Shown in pieces: positions 10,966 to 20,401 of a stretch of DNA of 64,000 bases. A model generated the notes under the pieces. That model did no database searches, was not told where the DNA came from, and worked only from the letters and a program-made list of their open reading frames with translations. Source of the DNA: Bacteroidales bacterium. Lineage in GTDB: Bacteria; Bacteroidota; Bacteroidia; Bacteroidales; GCA-2748055. The position numbers were made by a program, and so were the translations under genes. The DNA is taken from the NCBI GenBank assembly GCA_046485075.1, contig JAWOHR010000150.1, forward strand, positions 21,918 through 85,917, written 5' to 3'. How positions within the stretch are numbered: the first letter of the stretch is position 1; each line of letters starts with the position of its first letter.

Positions 10966-12369
10966 ATGAAGAGAAAAACTTTATTGGCCATTGTTATCCC
11001 GGTTGCGCTGATCACTGCACTGATCCTATACTCGGTACTTTCAGGCAAGGAGAAGGAGGTCGTACTGGAAACGGAACCCCAATTGGGAAGGTTTGAGATT
11101 TCGGTTATGATTACCGGGGAACTGCAGGCCATACGGGAGACCGAAATCGAGGCTCCTTCCTCACTGCGCAGCAGGAACATCCGGCTACGCAGCGTGAAGA
11201 TCCAGGAGCTGATCCCGGAAGGAACCGTTGTTGATTCGGGCGACTGGATCGCCACGCTGGACCGCTCGGAGGCCGATAACTCGCTGAAGGACATCATGGA
11301 CAACCTCGAAAAGTCTGAGTCAGAATACATGCGTACCAAGCTGGATACCACCATGCAGTTAAGGCAGTTAAGGGATGACCTGATCAACCTGAATTTTGCC
11401 AGGGAAGAAGCCGGGATCGCCCTGGAGCAGTCCAAATTCGAACCCCCTGCCACCATTCGCCAGGCGGAGATCGAACTTGAAAAAGCCTCACGGGCCTATG
11501 ATCAGGCCAGGCAGAACTACTCCCTGAAAGTCAGGCAGGCTGCAGCCGATATGCGTGAAGCAGAGATCAACCTGGCGAGGGAAAAGCGAAGCCAGCAGGA
11601 GATGGTTACCGTCCTTACACAATTTGATATTTACGCCCCGGGTTCCGGAATGGTGATTTATAAAAGGGACTGGGACGGAACAAAACGTACTGCCGGTACC
11701 GAGATCAATACATGGGACCTTGCCGTTGCCACCCTGCCGGATATGTCCACAATGATTTCCCAGACCTATGCCAATGAAATTGATATCAGCAAGATCAAAG
11801 TAGGACAGATGGTGAGGGTGGGAGTGGATGCCTTTCCGGATAAAAAGTATACCGGTCAGGTGATGGAGGTGGCCAATATAGGTCAGCAGCTTCCCAATAC
11901 CGACGCAAAGGTTTTCGAGGTCCGCATCGAATTGAATGAGCGGGATACCATCCTGAGACCCTCCATGACCACCAGCAACCAGATTATTACCCAGGTTCTT
12001 GACAGTGTAATCTTTGTTCCCATGGAGGCGGTGCATGCCAACGACAGCCTAACATTTGTCTATACCCGTGCAGGGGAAAAGCAGGTCGTTGTGCTGGGTG
12101 AATCCAATGAGAATTTCATTGTGGTGGAAATGGGGCTCAGGGCAGGAGAGAAACTCTTCCTTTCCATGCCGGAGGAACCCGAGTCGTTCAAATATTCCGG
12201 GCTGGAACTCATGGAGATGATCAAGGCACGGAAAGCTGAAGATTTGGAGCGGATGCAGAACCAGCAGCCGGTGAAGAAGAGAACCACCCCTCCCCGGCAA
12301 TCCCCGAACGTACGTAATTCCAACGGGCAAAAGCCCGCTGTAGAACAGGTCGCAAGACCACAAGGATAA
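10966..12369 (+). CDS. Efflux periplasmic adaptor (HlyD/MacA family)
   Basis: 467 aa. N-terminal TM anchor, long coiled-coil region, beta-barrel C-terminal region. First gene of a tightly packed three-gene operon. Confidence 0.8.
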   Translation: MKRKTLLAIVIPVALITALILYSVLSGKEKEVVLETEPQLGRFEISVMITGELQAIRETEIEAPSSLRSRNIRLRSVKIQELIPEGTVVDSGDWIATLDRSEADNSLKDIMDNLEKSESEYMRTKLDTTMQLRQLRDDLINLNFAREEAGIALEQSKFEPPATIRQAEIELEKASRAYDQARQNYSLKVRQAAADMREAEINLAREKRSQQEMVTVLTQFDIYAPGSGMVIYKRDWDGTKRTAGTEINTWDLAVATLPDMSTMISQTYANEIDISKIKVGQMVRVGVDAFPDKKYTGQVMEVANIGQQLPNTDAKVFEVRIELNERDTILRPSMTTSNQIITQVLDSVIFVPMEAVHANDSLTFVYTRAGEKQVVVLGESNENFIVVEMGLRAGEKLFLSMPEEPESFKYSGLELMEMIKARKAEDLERMQNQQPVKKRTTPPRQSPNVRNSNGQKPAVEQVARPQG

Positions 12370-12373
12370 GCTT

Positions 12374-13735
12374 ATGAGCAGGTACTTTCACGATATTGTT
12401 ATTGCCATTGAATCGATCATGGCGAACCAGTTAAGGAGCCTTCTGACTGCACTGGGTATTATATTCGGCGTGGCTGCGGTGATCACGATGCTGGCCATTG
12501 GCCGGGGGGCTCAGAAAGAGATCCTGGAACAGATCAAAATGGTAGGCGTTAACAATATTATGATCACCCCCATTGTGGAGGCAGCTTCTGGCGATGATTC
12601 GGAATCGAGCGGGGAGAGCAAGCAGGCAAAGAAATTCTCCCCCGGCCTCACCCTGGAAGATGTGAAAGCCATTCAGGATGTGCTTCCTTCGGTCAAAAGG
12701 GTTTCTCCCGAAATCGCTCTCAACAGTTATGTGATACAGGGTGGAAAACGCGCAACCGCAAAATTGCTTGGGGTATCCAATGAATATTTCGAAATCTTCA
12801 ACCTGCAGCTTTCAGAGGGCACATTCTTCAACAGTTACCAGGAGGAGAACGGAATTCCGGTCTGCGTGATAGGCGATAACATCAAGAGCAAATTCTTCAG
12901 CAAAGAGAATCCCATAGGGAACTACATCAAGTTTGACAAAGTCTGGCTAAAGGTGGTGGGGGTGCTGGAAAAATCCGATGTCAGCCTGACCCGTTTCGAG
13001 AACATCGGTGTCAATGTCATGAACGATAACATCTATATACCGGTAGGGACCATGCTGCTCAGGTACCAGAACCGGGCCCTGGTGGGGTCACGCATCAAGG
13101 GAAGCGCAGGGACCAGCATGATGGGGGGTCGTTTTCATTCCATCGCCATCAGTGTAAGCCCCACCCAGAACTCCTCATCCAATTACCACCAGCTGGACCG
13201 GATCGTAGTACAGGTGAATGAATCATTCGAACTTTCTCCCTCCACCGAACTCCTGGCCCGTTTGATGCTCAGGCGGCATGAAGAGGTGAAGGACTTCGAG
13301 ATTACTGTTCCCGAACTGCTGCTGAAACAGGAGCAGCGTACCAAGGATGTTTTCAATATAGTACTTGGGGCTATAGCCAGCATTTCACTTCTGGTGGGAG
13401 GGATTGGGATCATGAACATCATGTTTGCCTCTGTGATGGAGCGTATTAAGGAGATCGGGACCCGGCTGGCCATTGGGGCTCAGAAGAGGGATATCGTGGT
13501 CCAGTTCCTGGCCGAGGCTGTACTGATCAGTGTAAGCGGCGGTCTGGTGGGGGTTATCATCGGGATTGTATCTTCCTTCCTGATTACCAAATTTGCCGAT
13601 ATCATGACCGTAGTAACACCCATCAGCGTGGTCATTTCATTTGCAGTATCTGCTTCAGTGGGAGTGATATTTGGATACTCCCCGGCTAAACGGGCATCCG
13701 AAAGGGATCCCATAGAATCATTAAGGTATGAATAA
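12374..13735 (+). CDS. MacB-type ABC transporter permease (FtsX fold with large periplasmic domain), no fused ATPase
   Basis: 453 aa. TM1 (LLTALGIIFGVAAVITMLAI), ~270-aa periplasmic domain, C-terminal FtsX 3-TM bundle (GGIGIMNIMFASVMERIKEIGTRLAIGA). Confidence 0.85.
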   Translation: MSRYFHDIVIAIESIMANQLRSLLTALGIIFGVAAVITMLAIGRGAQKEILEQIKMVGVNNIMITPIVEAASGDDSESSGESKQAKKFSPGLTLEDVKAIQDVLPSVKRVSPEIALNSYVIQGGKRATAKLLGVSNEYFEIFNLQLSEGTFFNSYQEENGIPVCVIGDNIKSKFFSKENPIGNYIKFDKVWLKVVGVLEKSDVSLTRFENIGVNVMNDNIYIPVGTMLLRYQNRALVGSRIKGSAGTSMMGGRFHSIAISVSPTQNSSSNYHQLDRIVVQVNESFELSPSTELLARLMLRRHEEVKDFEITVPELLLKQEQRTKDVFNIVLGAIASISLLVGGIGIMNIMFASVMERIKEIGTRLAIGAQKRDIVVQFLAEAVLISVSGGLVGVIIGIVSSFLITKFADIMTVVTPISVVISFAVSASVGVIFGYSPAKRASERDPIESLRYE

Positions 13736-15227
13736 TATGTATCGCATCGCAATTTTCTTAGTCGTTCTTCTTTTTTCCAGGGATATGAAGGCTCAGAGTG
13801 AATCGGAAGCCGGGGATATCATACTTACTCTTCCTGAGGTGATCGAGCTGGCCCGGGACCAGTCGCTGATGGGACTGATGGCACGGCACCAGTTTCGCAG
13901 CAGCTATTGGGAGTACCGAACCCACATCGCAAGGTTCAGGCCCGGGTTGAGTCTCGAAGCAACCATCCCCTCGCTGAATAACGTTATGAGGAGTGTGACC
14001 CAGCCCGACGGATCGGAAAAATTCGTCACTACCTCCAACATGCAGACGGGCCTGGATCTGCAGCTCAACCAAAATATAGGGTTAACAGGGGGACAGGTGT
14101 TTGTGACCTCCCAGATTCAGCGAAACGATAATTTTACTGAGGATCCTCCCACCACCTATCTTGCCTATCCTGTCACAATCGGGTTCATACAACCCATTAA
14201 CGGATATAACTCACTGCGATGGGACCGGAAAATTGAGCCCATGAAATATGAGGAGGCGAAACTGGCCTATATCAACACCATGGAGCGGGTAAGCCAGCGT
14301 GCAGTAGGTTACTTTTTTGACCTGGCGCTGGCCCAGATAAATCTTGAGATTGCTAAAAAAAATTATGCCAATACTGATACACTTTACCAGATTGCCGTTG
14401 GTCGCTACCAGCTGGGTACCATTGCTGAGAATGAGCTATTGCAAATGGAGTTAAGTTCCCTCAATTCGGGTGCAGCGCTGAATGAAGCCAACATCGACCT
14501 GGCATTGCGCAAATCAAGACTCAGATCCTTCCTTGGTTTCAACGACCGGGTGAACGTGGAGTTAATCCTTCCCAGGGACGTGCCCGATATGACCCTCGAT
14601 TTCAGCAGGACCTTATCAGAGGCAAAAGCCAACAACCCGGAGATCCTGAGTATGCAAAGGCAGCTGCTCGAAGCGGAACGTCAGGTAGATGAGGCCAAGT
14701 CCCAGAAAGGAATCAGGGCCGATCTGTTTGCACAGGTGGGATTGAGCCAGAATGCAGAGACCATCAGTGGAGCCTACCAGAACCCCATTAACCAACAGCG
14801 TGTTCAGGTGGGTGTGCAGGTGCCCTTACTTGACTGGGGACTGGGACGCGGACAATACCGGATGGCCCAGTCGGCCCAGGAGGTAACCCGGACAGATGTG
14901 AGGCAGTCACAGATTGATTTTGATGAAAATATCTTTCTCCAGGTGATGCAGTTTAACCTTCAGGATGACCAGGTGGTCATTGCCTCAAAGGCAGATACCA
15001 TTGCCAACCTCCGGTACGAGGTGACCAAGCAGCGGTTCCTCATCGGGAAGATCGATGTACTGGATCTGAACGTGGCCCTTGAAGAGAAGGATGTGGCCAG
15101 GCGGGGATTTGTACAGGCACTCAGGAACTACTGGAATTACTACTACGATCTGAGGGGCTTAACCCTGTATGACTGGCAGAAGGATATAAAGCTTTTGGAG
15201 GATTTCGACGAACTCCTGGTGCAATAA
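13728..15227 (+). CDS. TolC-family outer membrane efflux protein
   Basis: 499 aa with signal peptide. Two-repeat OEP architecture. Overlaps the permease gene by 8 nt. Confidence 0.85.
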   Translation: MNNMYRIAIFLVVLLFSRDMKAQSESEAGDIILTLPEVIELARDQSLMGLMARHQFRSSYWEYRTHIARFRPGLSLEATIPSLNNVMRSVTQPDGSEKFVTTSNMQTGLDLQLNQNIGLTGGQVFVTSQIQRNDNFTEDPPTTYLAYPVTIGFIQPINGYNSLRWDRKIEPMKYEEAKLAYINTMERVSQRAVGYFFDLALAQINLEIAKKNYANTDTLYQIAVGRYQLGTIAENELLQMELSSLNSGAALNEANIDLALRKSRLRSFLGFNDRVNVELILPRDVPDMTLDFSRTLSEAKANNPEILSMQRQLLEAERQVDEAKSQKGIRADLFAQVGLSQNAETISGAYQNPINQQRVQVGVQVPLLDWGLGRGQYRMAQSAQEVTRTDVRQSQIDFDENIFLQVMQFNLQDDQVVIASKADTIANLRYEVTKQRFLIGKIDVLDLNVALEEKDVARRGFVQALRNYWNYYYDLRGLTLYDWQKDIKLLEDFDELLVQ

Positions 15228-15231
15228 CCTC

Positions 15232-16416
15232 CTATTTCCTGAACTTTTCAGAATAGTTAAAAACCCAATTCAGGATCGACTCATCCATTTTGGTTAATTG
15301 CTGACCCCTGCGCGCCATAACCAGCGAAGCAGTCTCCAGCACCTTATTCATTTGATTGGTGGTCATCCCGGCGGCTCCTCCCCAGGAAAATGAGGGGATG
15401 AAAGTGCGGGGGAATCCCGAACCGAATATATTGGCAGCAACCCCGACCACCGTTCCCGTATTGAACATGGTATTGATTCCGCACTTGGAGTGATCACCCA
15501 TGATCAGTCCGCAGAATTGCAATCCCGATTTAATAAATCTTTCCTTCGGGTAGTTCCAGACTTTTACCTCTGCATAGTTGTTCTTGAGGTTGGAGTTGTT
15601 GGTGTCTGCACCCAGGTTGCACCATTCTCCGAGAACCGAGTTTCCCAGGAACCCGTCATGTCCCTTGTTGGAGTTGGAATGAATCACACAATTGTTTACC
15701 TCACCACCTATTTTACTGTAGGGTCCGATGGTGGTGGGACCATAAACCTTTGCCGCCAGTTTCACCGTTGATCCTTCACAGAGTGCAAAGGGTCCCCTGA
15801 TCACGCTCCCCTCCATAATCTCACTGTTTGGTCCAAGGTAGATGGGACCCGTTGAGGCATTGAGTGTGATGTGTTCTCCCCTGAATCCCGGCTCAATAAA
15901 AATATTTTCCGGCGAAATGACCCTCACCGTATCACTCAATCGACCGCTCTTCCTGCCAGCTGTAATCAACTCCAGATCAGCCCCAATCTCCTGCCCGTTC
16001 AATTGGAATATTTTCCAGGGGAAATCGATCATAAAAACCTCCCCGGAGAATTCGTCGGCCGAATCCATCCACTTTTGAAGGTTGAACTTTTTCGCTTCGG
16101 AAGCTCCGGTACGAAAACCCAGCAAGAGATCCCCTTTTTTCAGGGAATCTCCCTTCTGAAGAGTCCGCAGGACGTTTACGAGCGCTTCACCGGGAAGGAG
16201 TGAGCCGTTTATCAGCAGGTTATCCGTTCCTGCAATGAATGGAAACTTTCCCGACAGATGTTTTTGAGTCAGGTAAGCGGGAGTTGTTGATTCAAGGTGT
16301 TTTGCCCACTTCTCTGCAATGGTCAGAATCCCTACCCTGAGGTCGGCAACCGGGCGGGTAAAGGTAAGGGGAAGCAGGTTTTCCCAGGAGTGGTCATCGA
16401 AGAGGATGAGCTGCAT
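15232..16416 (-). CDS. GlmU-like putative sugar nucleotidyltransferase with left-handed beta-helix C-terminal domain
   Basis: Start set at MQLILFDD (the ORF-track start is 57 nt upstream). N-terminal nucleotidyltransferase-like region. Hexapeptide-repeat region (GPYSKIGGEVNNCVIHSNSNKGHDGFLGNSVLGEWCNLGADT). Confidence 0.65.
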   Translation of the reverse strand: MQLILFDDHSWENLLPLTFTRPVADLRVGILTIAEKWAKHLESTTPAYLTQKHLSGKFPFIAGTDNLLINGSLLPGEALVNVLRTLQKGDSLKKGDLLLGFRTGASEAKKFNLQKWMDSADEFSGEVFMIDFPWKIFQLNGQEIGADLELITAGRKSGRLSDTVRVISPENIFIEPGFRGEHITLNASTGPIYLGPNSEIMEGSVIRGPFALCEGSTVKLAAKVYGPTTIGPYSKIGGEVNNCVIHSNSNKGHDGFLGNSVLGEWCNLGADTNNSNLKNNYAEVKVWNYPKERFIKSGLQFCGLIMGDHSKCGINTMFNTGTVVGVAANIFGSGFPRTFIPSFSWGGAAGMTTNQMNKVLETASLVMARRGQQLTKMDESILNWVFNYSEKFRK

Positions 16417-16489
16417 TTTTTGTTTTAAATGTACAAAAAAAAGCCACCCTGCGAGGGATGGCTTTTTCCACAAAGGTTATGAATACCTT

Positions 16490-16756
16490 CTATTTTTTCT
16501 TCTTGTCCAGGTGTGTCTTGTAGCGGTTCATGAATTTGTCCACTCGACCGGCGGTATCAACCAGTTTCATCTTACCTGTATAGAAAGGGTGAGAAGAGCT
16601 GGAAATTTCCAGTTTGATCAGCGGGTATTCAATCCCGTCATCCAATTTAACAGTCTCCCTGGAATTTGCAGTTGACTTGGTTATGAAGGTTTCCCCGTTG
16701 GACATGTCCCTGAAAGCAACAAGTCTGTAATTCTTTGGATGTATATCTTTTTTCAT
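16490..16756 (-). CDS. rpmE2: 50S ribosomal protein L31, type B (no CxxC zinc knuckle)
   Basis: 88 aa. [29 protein letters not shown] and HPFYTGK motifs. Confidence 0.9.
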   Translation of the reverse strand: MKKDIHPKNYRLVAFRDMSNGETFITKSTANSRETVKLDDGIEYPLIKLEISSSSHPFYTGKMKLVDTAGRVDKFMNRYKTHLDKKKK

Positions 16757-16790
16757 GGTACGATTACTTTCATTTTTTCAAAACGGAATG

Positions 16791-16821
16791 CAAAGATAAA
16801 AATGTTTGTCAGAACTTCAAA
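16791..16821 (-). promoter_or_regulatory. Bacteroidota sigma-A type promoter for rpmE2 (TTTG-N19-TATCTTTG)
   Basis: Minus strand reads TTTG, 19-nt spacer, TATCTTTG, matching the TTTG / TAnnTTTG consensus. The -7 box ends ~34 nt upstream of the ATG. Confidence 0.5.
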
Positions 16822-16846
16822 ATATTTTGTCATAAATAGATGCCTG

Positions 16847-18055
16847 TCAGCTGGATATTAATGCGCCGGGAGGCAACTTGTCCAGATTAACCACCTCTCC
16901 CATAAACCGCTCAAAGGGTTTCTCCCTGTCGAACAGGTACCTGTAGGTAATATGTGTTTTTGTATGTTGGGCGCCGGTGTTCAGGTAGAGATCAATCATT
17001 TTAGGATTGAAATCGCCCACCCATGACAATTCAATGTGTTTAAAATAGGGTTTGTTTTTCACAGCCTCATTGAGCTGCCATATGATTCCGGACTCAACGC
17101 CAGAATTTTGAAATTTCGGGACGACGCCTGCAACAGTACCCCTGAAACGGGTAATGGTATTCTTTTTTTTATAATAGAGGAAGCGTAATTTGTTGACCAG
17201 GTGTAATTTCCCGTTCAGGTGTCTGAATATCTGGTTGGCATCGGGAAGAAACATAAAGAAAGAGATGGGCTTGCCCTCATAATATGCATACCAGATCAGC
17301 TCGGGATCCATGATGTCCCTGATCTTTCGCAGCTCATCGTTAAGAGAATCCGGATCCATGGGGGTAAAATCCTTCCTGAGGGGCCGCCAGGCATCGTTAT
17401 AGATGGAGATGGTATCCTCAATAAACTTTGATTTAAGTTTAGGATCAAAATGCTTGTAGGAGTATCCCTTGCGTTTATTGATCCACTCTGCAATTTTCCA
17501 GAAACGCTCCGGGAACGGTTTATCCAGGTCAATCTGAAAACTCAGTTGCCTGTAATATAGTTTAAAGCCGTAATTTTCGAAAAGCGCCTGGTAATAGGGG
17601 TGGTTGTAGGTCATCCCCAGGACCGGTGGTGTAAAGCCTTGAACCAGGCAACCCCAGTTGGTGTCGTTCTCCCCGAAATTGATTGGGCCTGTCATGGCTT
17701 CATACCCCTGCCCGGTAAGCCACTGTTTTGCAGTATCGAAAAGCAGGTTTGCCACCGCGGGGTCATTGACCGTTTCAAAAAATCCGCAACCCCCGCTTTT
17801 CACCTCTTCAGACCCGTCCTTATCGCGGTCATAGAACGCTGCGATACGACCTGCCACATGGTTCTTTTCATCCAATGCGATCCAACGTACCGCATCCCCG
17901 TGCTTGTAGTAGGGATTCACTTTCCGGTTGAAGGCCTTCCGGATCTCGCTGTCGAACGGGATGACGTAGTTGGGATCATCCCTGTAGAGTTCACGGGGAA
18001 ACATAAGAAATGCTCTTTCACTGCTTCTGTTGTTTACCGGAACAATCTTTATCAT
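16847..18055 (-). CDS. Uncharacterised ~400-aa protein, GNAT-like acyltransferase fold suspected
   Basis: 402 aa. Recognised only as a recurrent Bacteroidota family (MIKIVPV...FLMFPRELYRDDPNYVIP). 4-nt ATGA overlap with the upstream PLP enzyme gene. Confidence 0.45.
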   Translation of the reverse strand: MIKIVPVNNRSSERAFLMFPRELYRDDPNYVIPFDSEIRKAFNRKVNPYYKHGDAVRWIALDEKNHVAGRIAAFYDRDKDGSEEVKSGGCGFFETVNDPAVANLLFDTAKQWLTGQGYEAMTGPINFGENDTNWGCLVQGFTPPVLGMTYNHPYYQALFENYGFKLYYRQLSFQIDLDKPFPERFWKIAEWINKRKGYSYKHFDPKLKSKFIEDTISIYNDAWRPLRKDFTPMDPDSLNDELRKIRDIMDPELIWYAYYEGKPISFFMFLPDANQIFRHLNGKLHLVNKLRFLYYKKKNTITRFRGTVAGVVPKFQNSGVESGIIWQLNEAVKNKPYFKHIELSWVGDFNPKMIDLYLNTGAQHTKTHITYRYLFDREKPFERFMGEVVNLDKLPPGALISS

Positions 18056-19521
18056 AGTTTAAACCAGTCTTCCATGATCTTATCTTCAATGGGATGCCCG
18101 ACCTGCGAGTGGTGAATGTACTCATTCTTCCTGGGTATATAAACATACTCTTCCGCCCACTTGTGGTGGTGAAGGGTGATCTCCCGGATGGCCTGAAGGA
18201 TCAGCCTCACCTCCTCATCGGTCATGGTGGGGTGAAGCGACCATCTCACCCATCCCGGCTTTTCAGTGAGGTCGCCGTGATTTATTTTCTCAGTGATCTC
18301 CTGCGACTGGTCGTAGGAAACTTCCAGGAGAAAATGACCATAGGTTCCGGCACAGGCACAGCCTCCGCGGGTCTGGATGCCAAACCGGTCATTCAGCAAC
18401 TTAACGAAAAGGTTGAAATGAATGTCAGGATGAAAAAAGGAGATTACACCCAGCCTTTTGTCGACATCCCTGGCAAGTATTTCAATCCCCTGGATTTTTC
18501 GCAGTCCGGGTAGAGCGATCTCCAGGAGCTCCTCCTCCCTTGCCAGGATCTTATCCACACCCATCTGCTCCTTCAGCTTAATGGCCAGGGAGGCTTTGAT
18601 GGACTGCAGAAAACCGGGTGTGCCCCCGTCTTCCCTTACCTCTATGTCATCCACATATTTATACTTTCCCCATGGATTGGTCCAATCGACAGTCCCCCCG
18701 CCAGGGTTATCCGGCACCTCGGCTGCATACATGGCTTTATCAAAAATAAGCACTCCCGAGGAACCGGGCCCGCCAAGAAATTTATGGGGAGAGAAAAAGA
18801 TGGCATCCAGTTTCTCCATAGGATCTTCGGGGTGCATATCCATTTTCATATAGGGAGCGCTGGCTGCAAAATCGATGAAAACCACCCCCCCGTATTCATG
18901 CATGATCCGGGCCATTTCGTGGTAGGGAGTATTGACTCCTGTCACATTGGAACAAGCCGTAAATGAACCGATCTTAAATTTACGGTTCCTGTAAAGCTCC
19001 AGCTTCCTTCTCAGGTCATCCAAATCCACACGCAAGTCGCCGGTGGGTTCAATCATTACCACATCGGCCAGGGTTTCGAACCATGAGGTGTGATTGGAGT
19101 GGTGTTCCATGTGGGTGAGAAAGACCACCGGACGGTCGGCCTGTTTCACACAATCATTGCTGCCACCGCAACCCTTCAGACTGAGGATCCTCATGAGCTT
19201 GTTGATTACCGCTGTCATACCGTAACCGGCAGTGATAATTACATCGTTTGGACCTGCATTCACATGCTCCTTGATCAGCTTATGTGAACGTTGGTAGGCC
19301 CTGGTCATCAACGTACCGGTCAGGGTGGTCTCACTATGCGTGTTGGCTACGAATGGACCGAACTGATGCTGTAATTTATTCTCAATGGGTTCATAGAGTC
19401 TCCCGCTTGCGATCCAGTCCGCATAGATAATACGCCTCGTGCCGTATGGCGATTCAAAGGTGGTTTCGTTCCCGATGATCTTCTCCCTGAAAGGTTCGAA
19501 ATATTTTTCTAAATCACTCAC
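18052..19521 (-). CDS. Aminotransferase class V-fold PLP-dependent enzyme (cysteine desulfurase-like)
   Basis: Class V fold motifs (FSPHKFLGGPGSSGVL with PLP lysine; HHSNHTSW). The ORF-track start at 19623 would overlap the upstream gene by 91 nt. A GTG at 19521, 11 nt after that gene's TAA, gives VSDLEKYFEPFR, so that start was chosen. Confidence 0.8.
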   Translation of the reverse strand: MSDLEKYFEPFREKIIGNETTFESPYGTRRIIYADWIASGRLYEPIENKLQHQFGPFVANTHSETTLTGTLMTRAYQRSHKLIKEHVNAGPNDVIITAGYGMTAVINKLMRILSLKGCGGSNDCVKQADRPVVFLTHMEHHSNHTSWFETLADVVMIEPTGDLRVDLDDLRRKLELYRNRKFKIGSFTACSNVTGVNTPYHEMARIMHEYGGVVFIDFAASAPYMKMDMHPEDPMEKLDAIFFSPHKFLGGPGSSGVLIFDKAMYAAEVPDNPGGGTVDWTNPWGKYKYVDDIEVREDGGTPGFLQSIKASLAIKLKEQMGVDKILAREEELLEIALPGLRKIQGIEILARDVDKRLGVISFFHPDIHFNLFVKLLNDRFGIQTRGGCACAGTYGHFLLEVSYDQSQEITEKINHGDLTEKPGWVRWSLHPTMTDEEVRLILQAIREITLHHHKWAEEYVYIPRKNEYIHHSQVGHPIEDKIMEDWFKL

Positions 19522-19532
19522 TTCGTTTTTTT

Positions 19533-20282
19533 TTAATCCCTTCCGGCAAACCTGGATAGCAGCCTCAGGAATTCTATATAAAGCCATATCAGTGTTACCA
19601 TCAATCCGAATGCCCCATACCATTCCATGTATTTGGGAGCACTCATCTGAGATCCTTTCTCTATGAAATCGAAGTCCATGATCAGGTTCAGGGCTGCTAC
19701 CACGATAATCACCAGGCTGATGACGATTCCCAGGGGACCTGAAGAATGCATGAAACCCATGGGAATTCCCAGCAGGCTCAGGATCCAGCTGATCAGGTAT
19801 GCAAAGAAAACCGCACCCGTGGCCATCATCACACCCCTTCTGAATTTTGGCGTAGCCCTGATATGGCCCGACCGGTAAAGAAACAACATGGTAAAGAGTG
19901 TCCCGATGGTCAGGAGTACAGCCTGGAATGCCACTCCGGGGTATTGTGCATTGATCACAGCACTGATGGCTCCCAGGAACATGCCTTCCAGGATGGCGTA
20001 GACTGGAGCCGTATATGGTGAGGATTTGGGACTGAAAATGGTGATCATTGCCAAAATGAAACCGCCTATTCCACCGATGATTGCCAGGGTGCCCACCCTG
20101 CCCGGATCATCACCCAGAACCAATTTCCATGTGTAGGATGCCGAAGCGATCAACAGCAGAAGCATCAATCCTATTTTATTGAGTGTACCGCTGATGGTCA
20201 TGACACTTTCCGAAGCAGAACGGCCTGCTTTTTCATATATACTTCCTGTCATCACAGGATTTGATGATCTTAATGCTCTCAT
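19533..20282 (-). CDS. Bax inhibitor-1/YccA-family integral membrane protein
   Basis: 249 aa with ~7 predicted TM helices. N-terminal SSNPV...motif typical of the family. Confidence 0.7.
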   Translation of the reverse strand: MRALRSSNPVMTGSIYEKAGRSASESVMTISGTLNKIGLMLLLLIASASYTWKLVLGDDPGRVGTLAIIGGIGGFILAMITIFSPKSSPYTAPVYAILEGMFLGAISAVINAQYPGVAFQAVLLTIGTLFTMLFLYRSGHIRATPKFRRGVMMATGAVFFAYLISWILSLLGIPMGFMHSSGPLGIVISLVIIVVAALNLIMDFDFIEKGSQMSAPKYMEWYGAFGLMVTLIWLYIEFLRLLSRFAGRD

Positions 20283-20401
20283 GGTTCAAAAATTAGTTTC
20301 AAATATATATTATTTACATCGATTGGGTGATCAAAGGGCATGCCAATCAACAGGCCGGCCTGAAGCATGACACAATTGCAGTATAATTCTTACTTTTGGA
20401 G

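Noticed and set aside
18551-18559. Consensus DnaA box TTATCCACA, and parAB as a hint of a nearby oriC
   Set aside because: It is a single box inside a coding region. The parA upstream intergenic region (55649..55827) has no DnaA-box cluster or AT-rich unwinding element, and dnaA/dnaN are absent from the window.
19522-19623. 34-codon N-terminal extension of the PLP-enzyme ORF
   Set aside because: The extension would overlap the upstream BI-1-like gene by 91 nt. A GTG start just after that gene's stop gives an N-terminus (VSDLEKYFEPFR) consistent with the conserved core.
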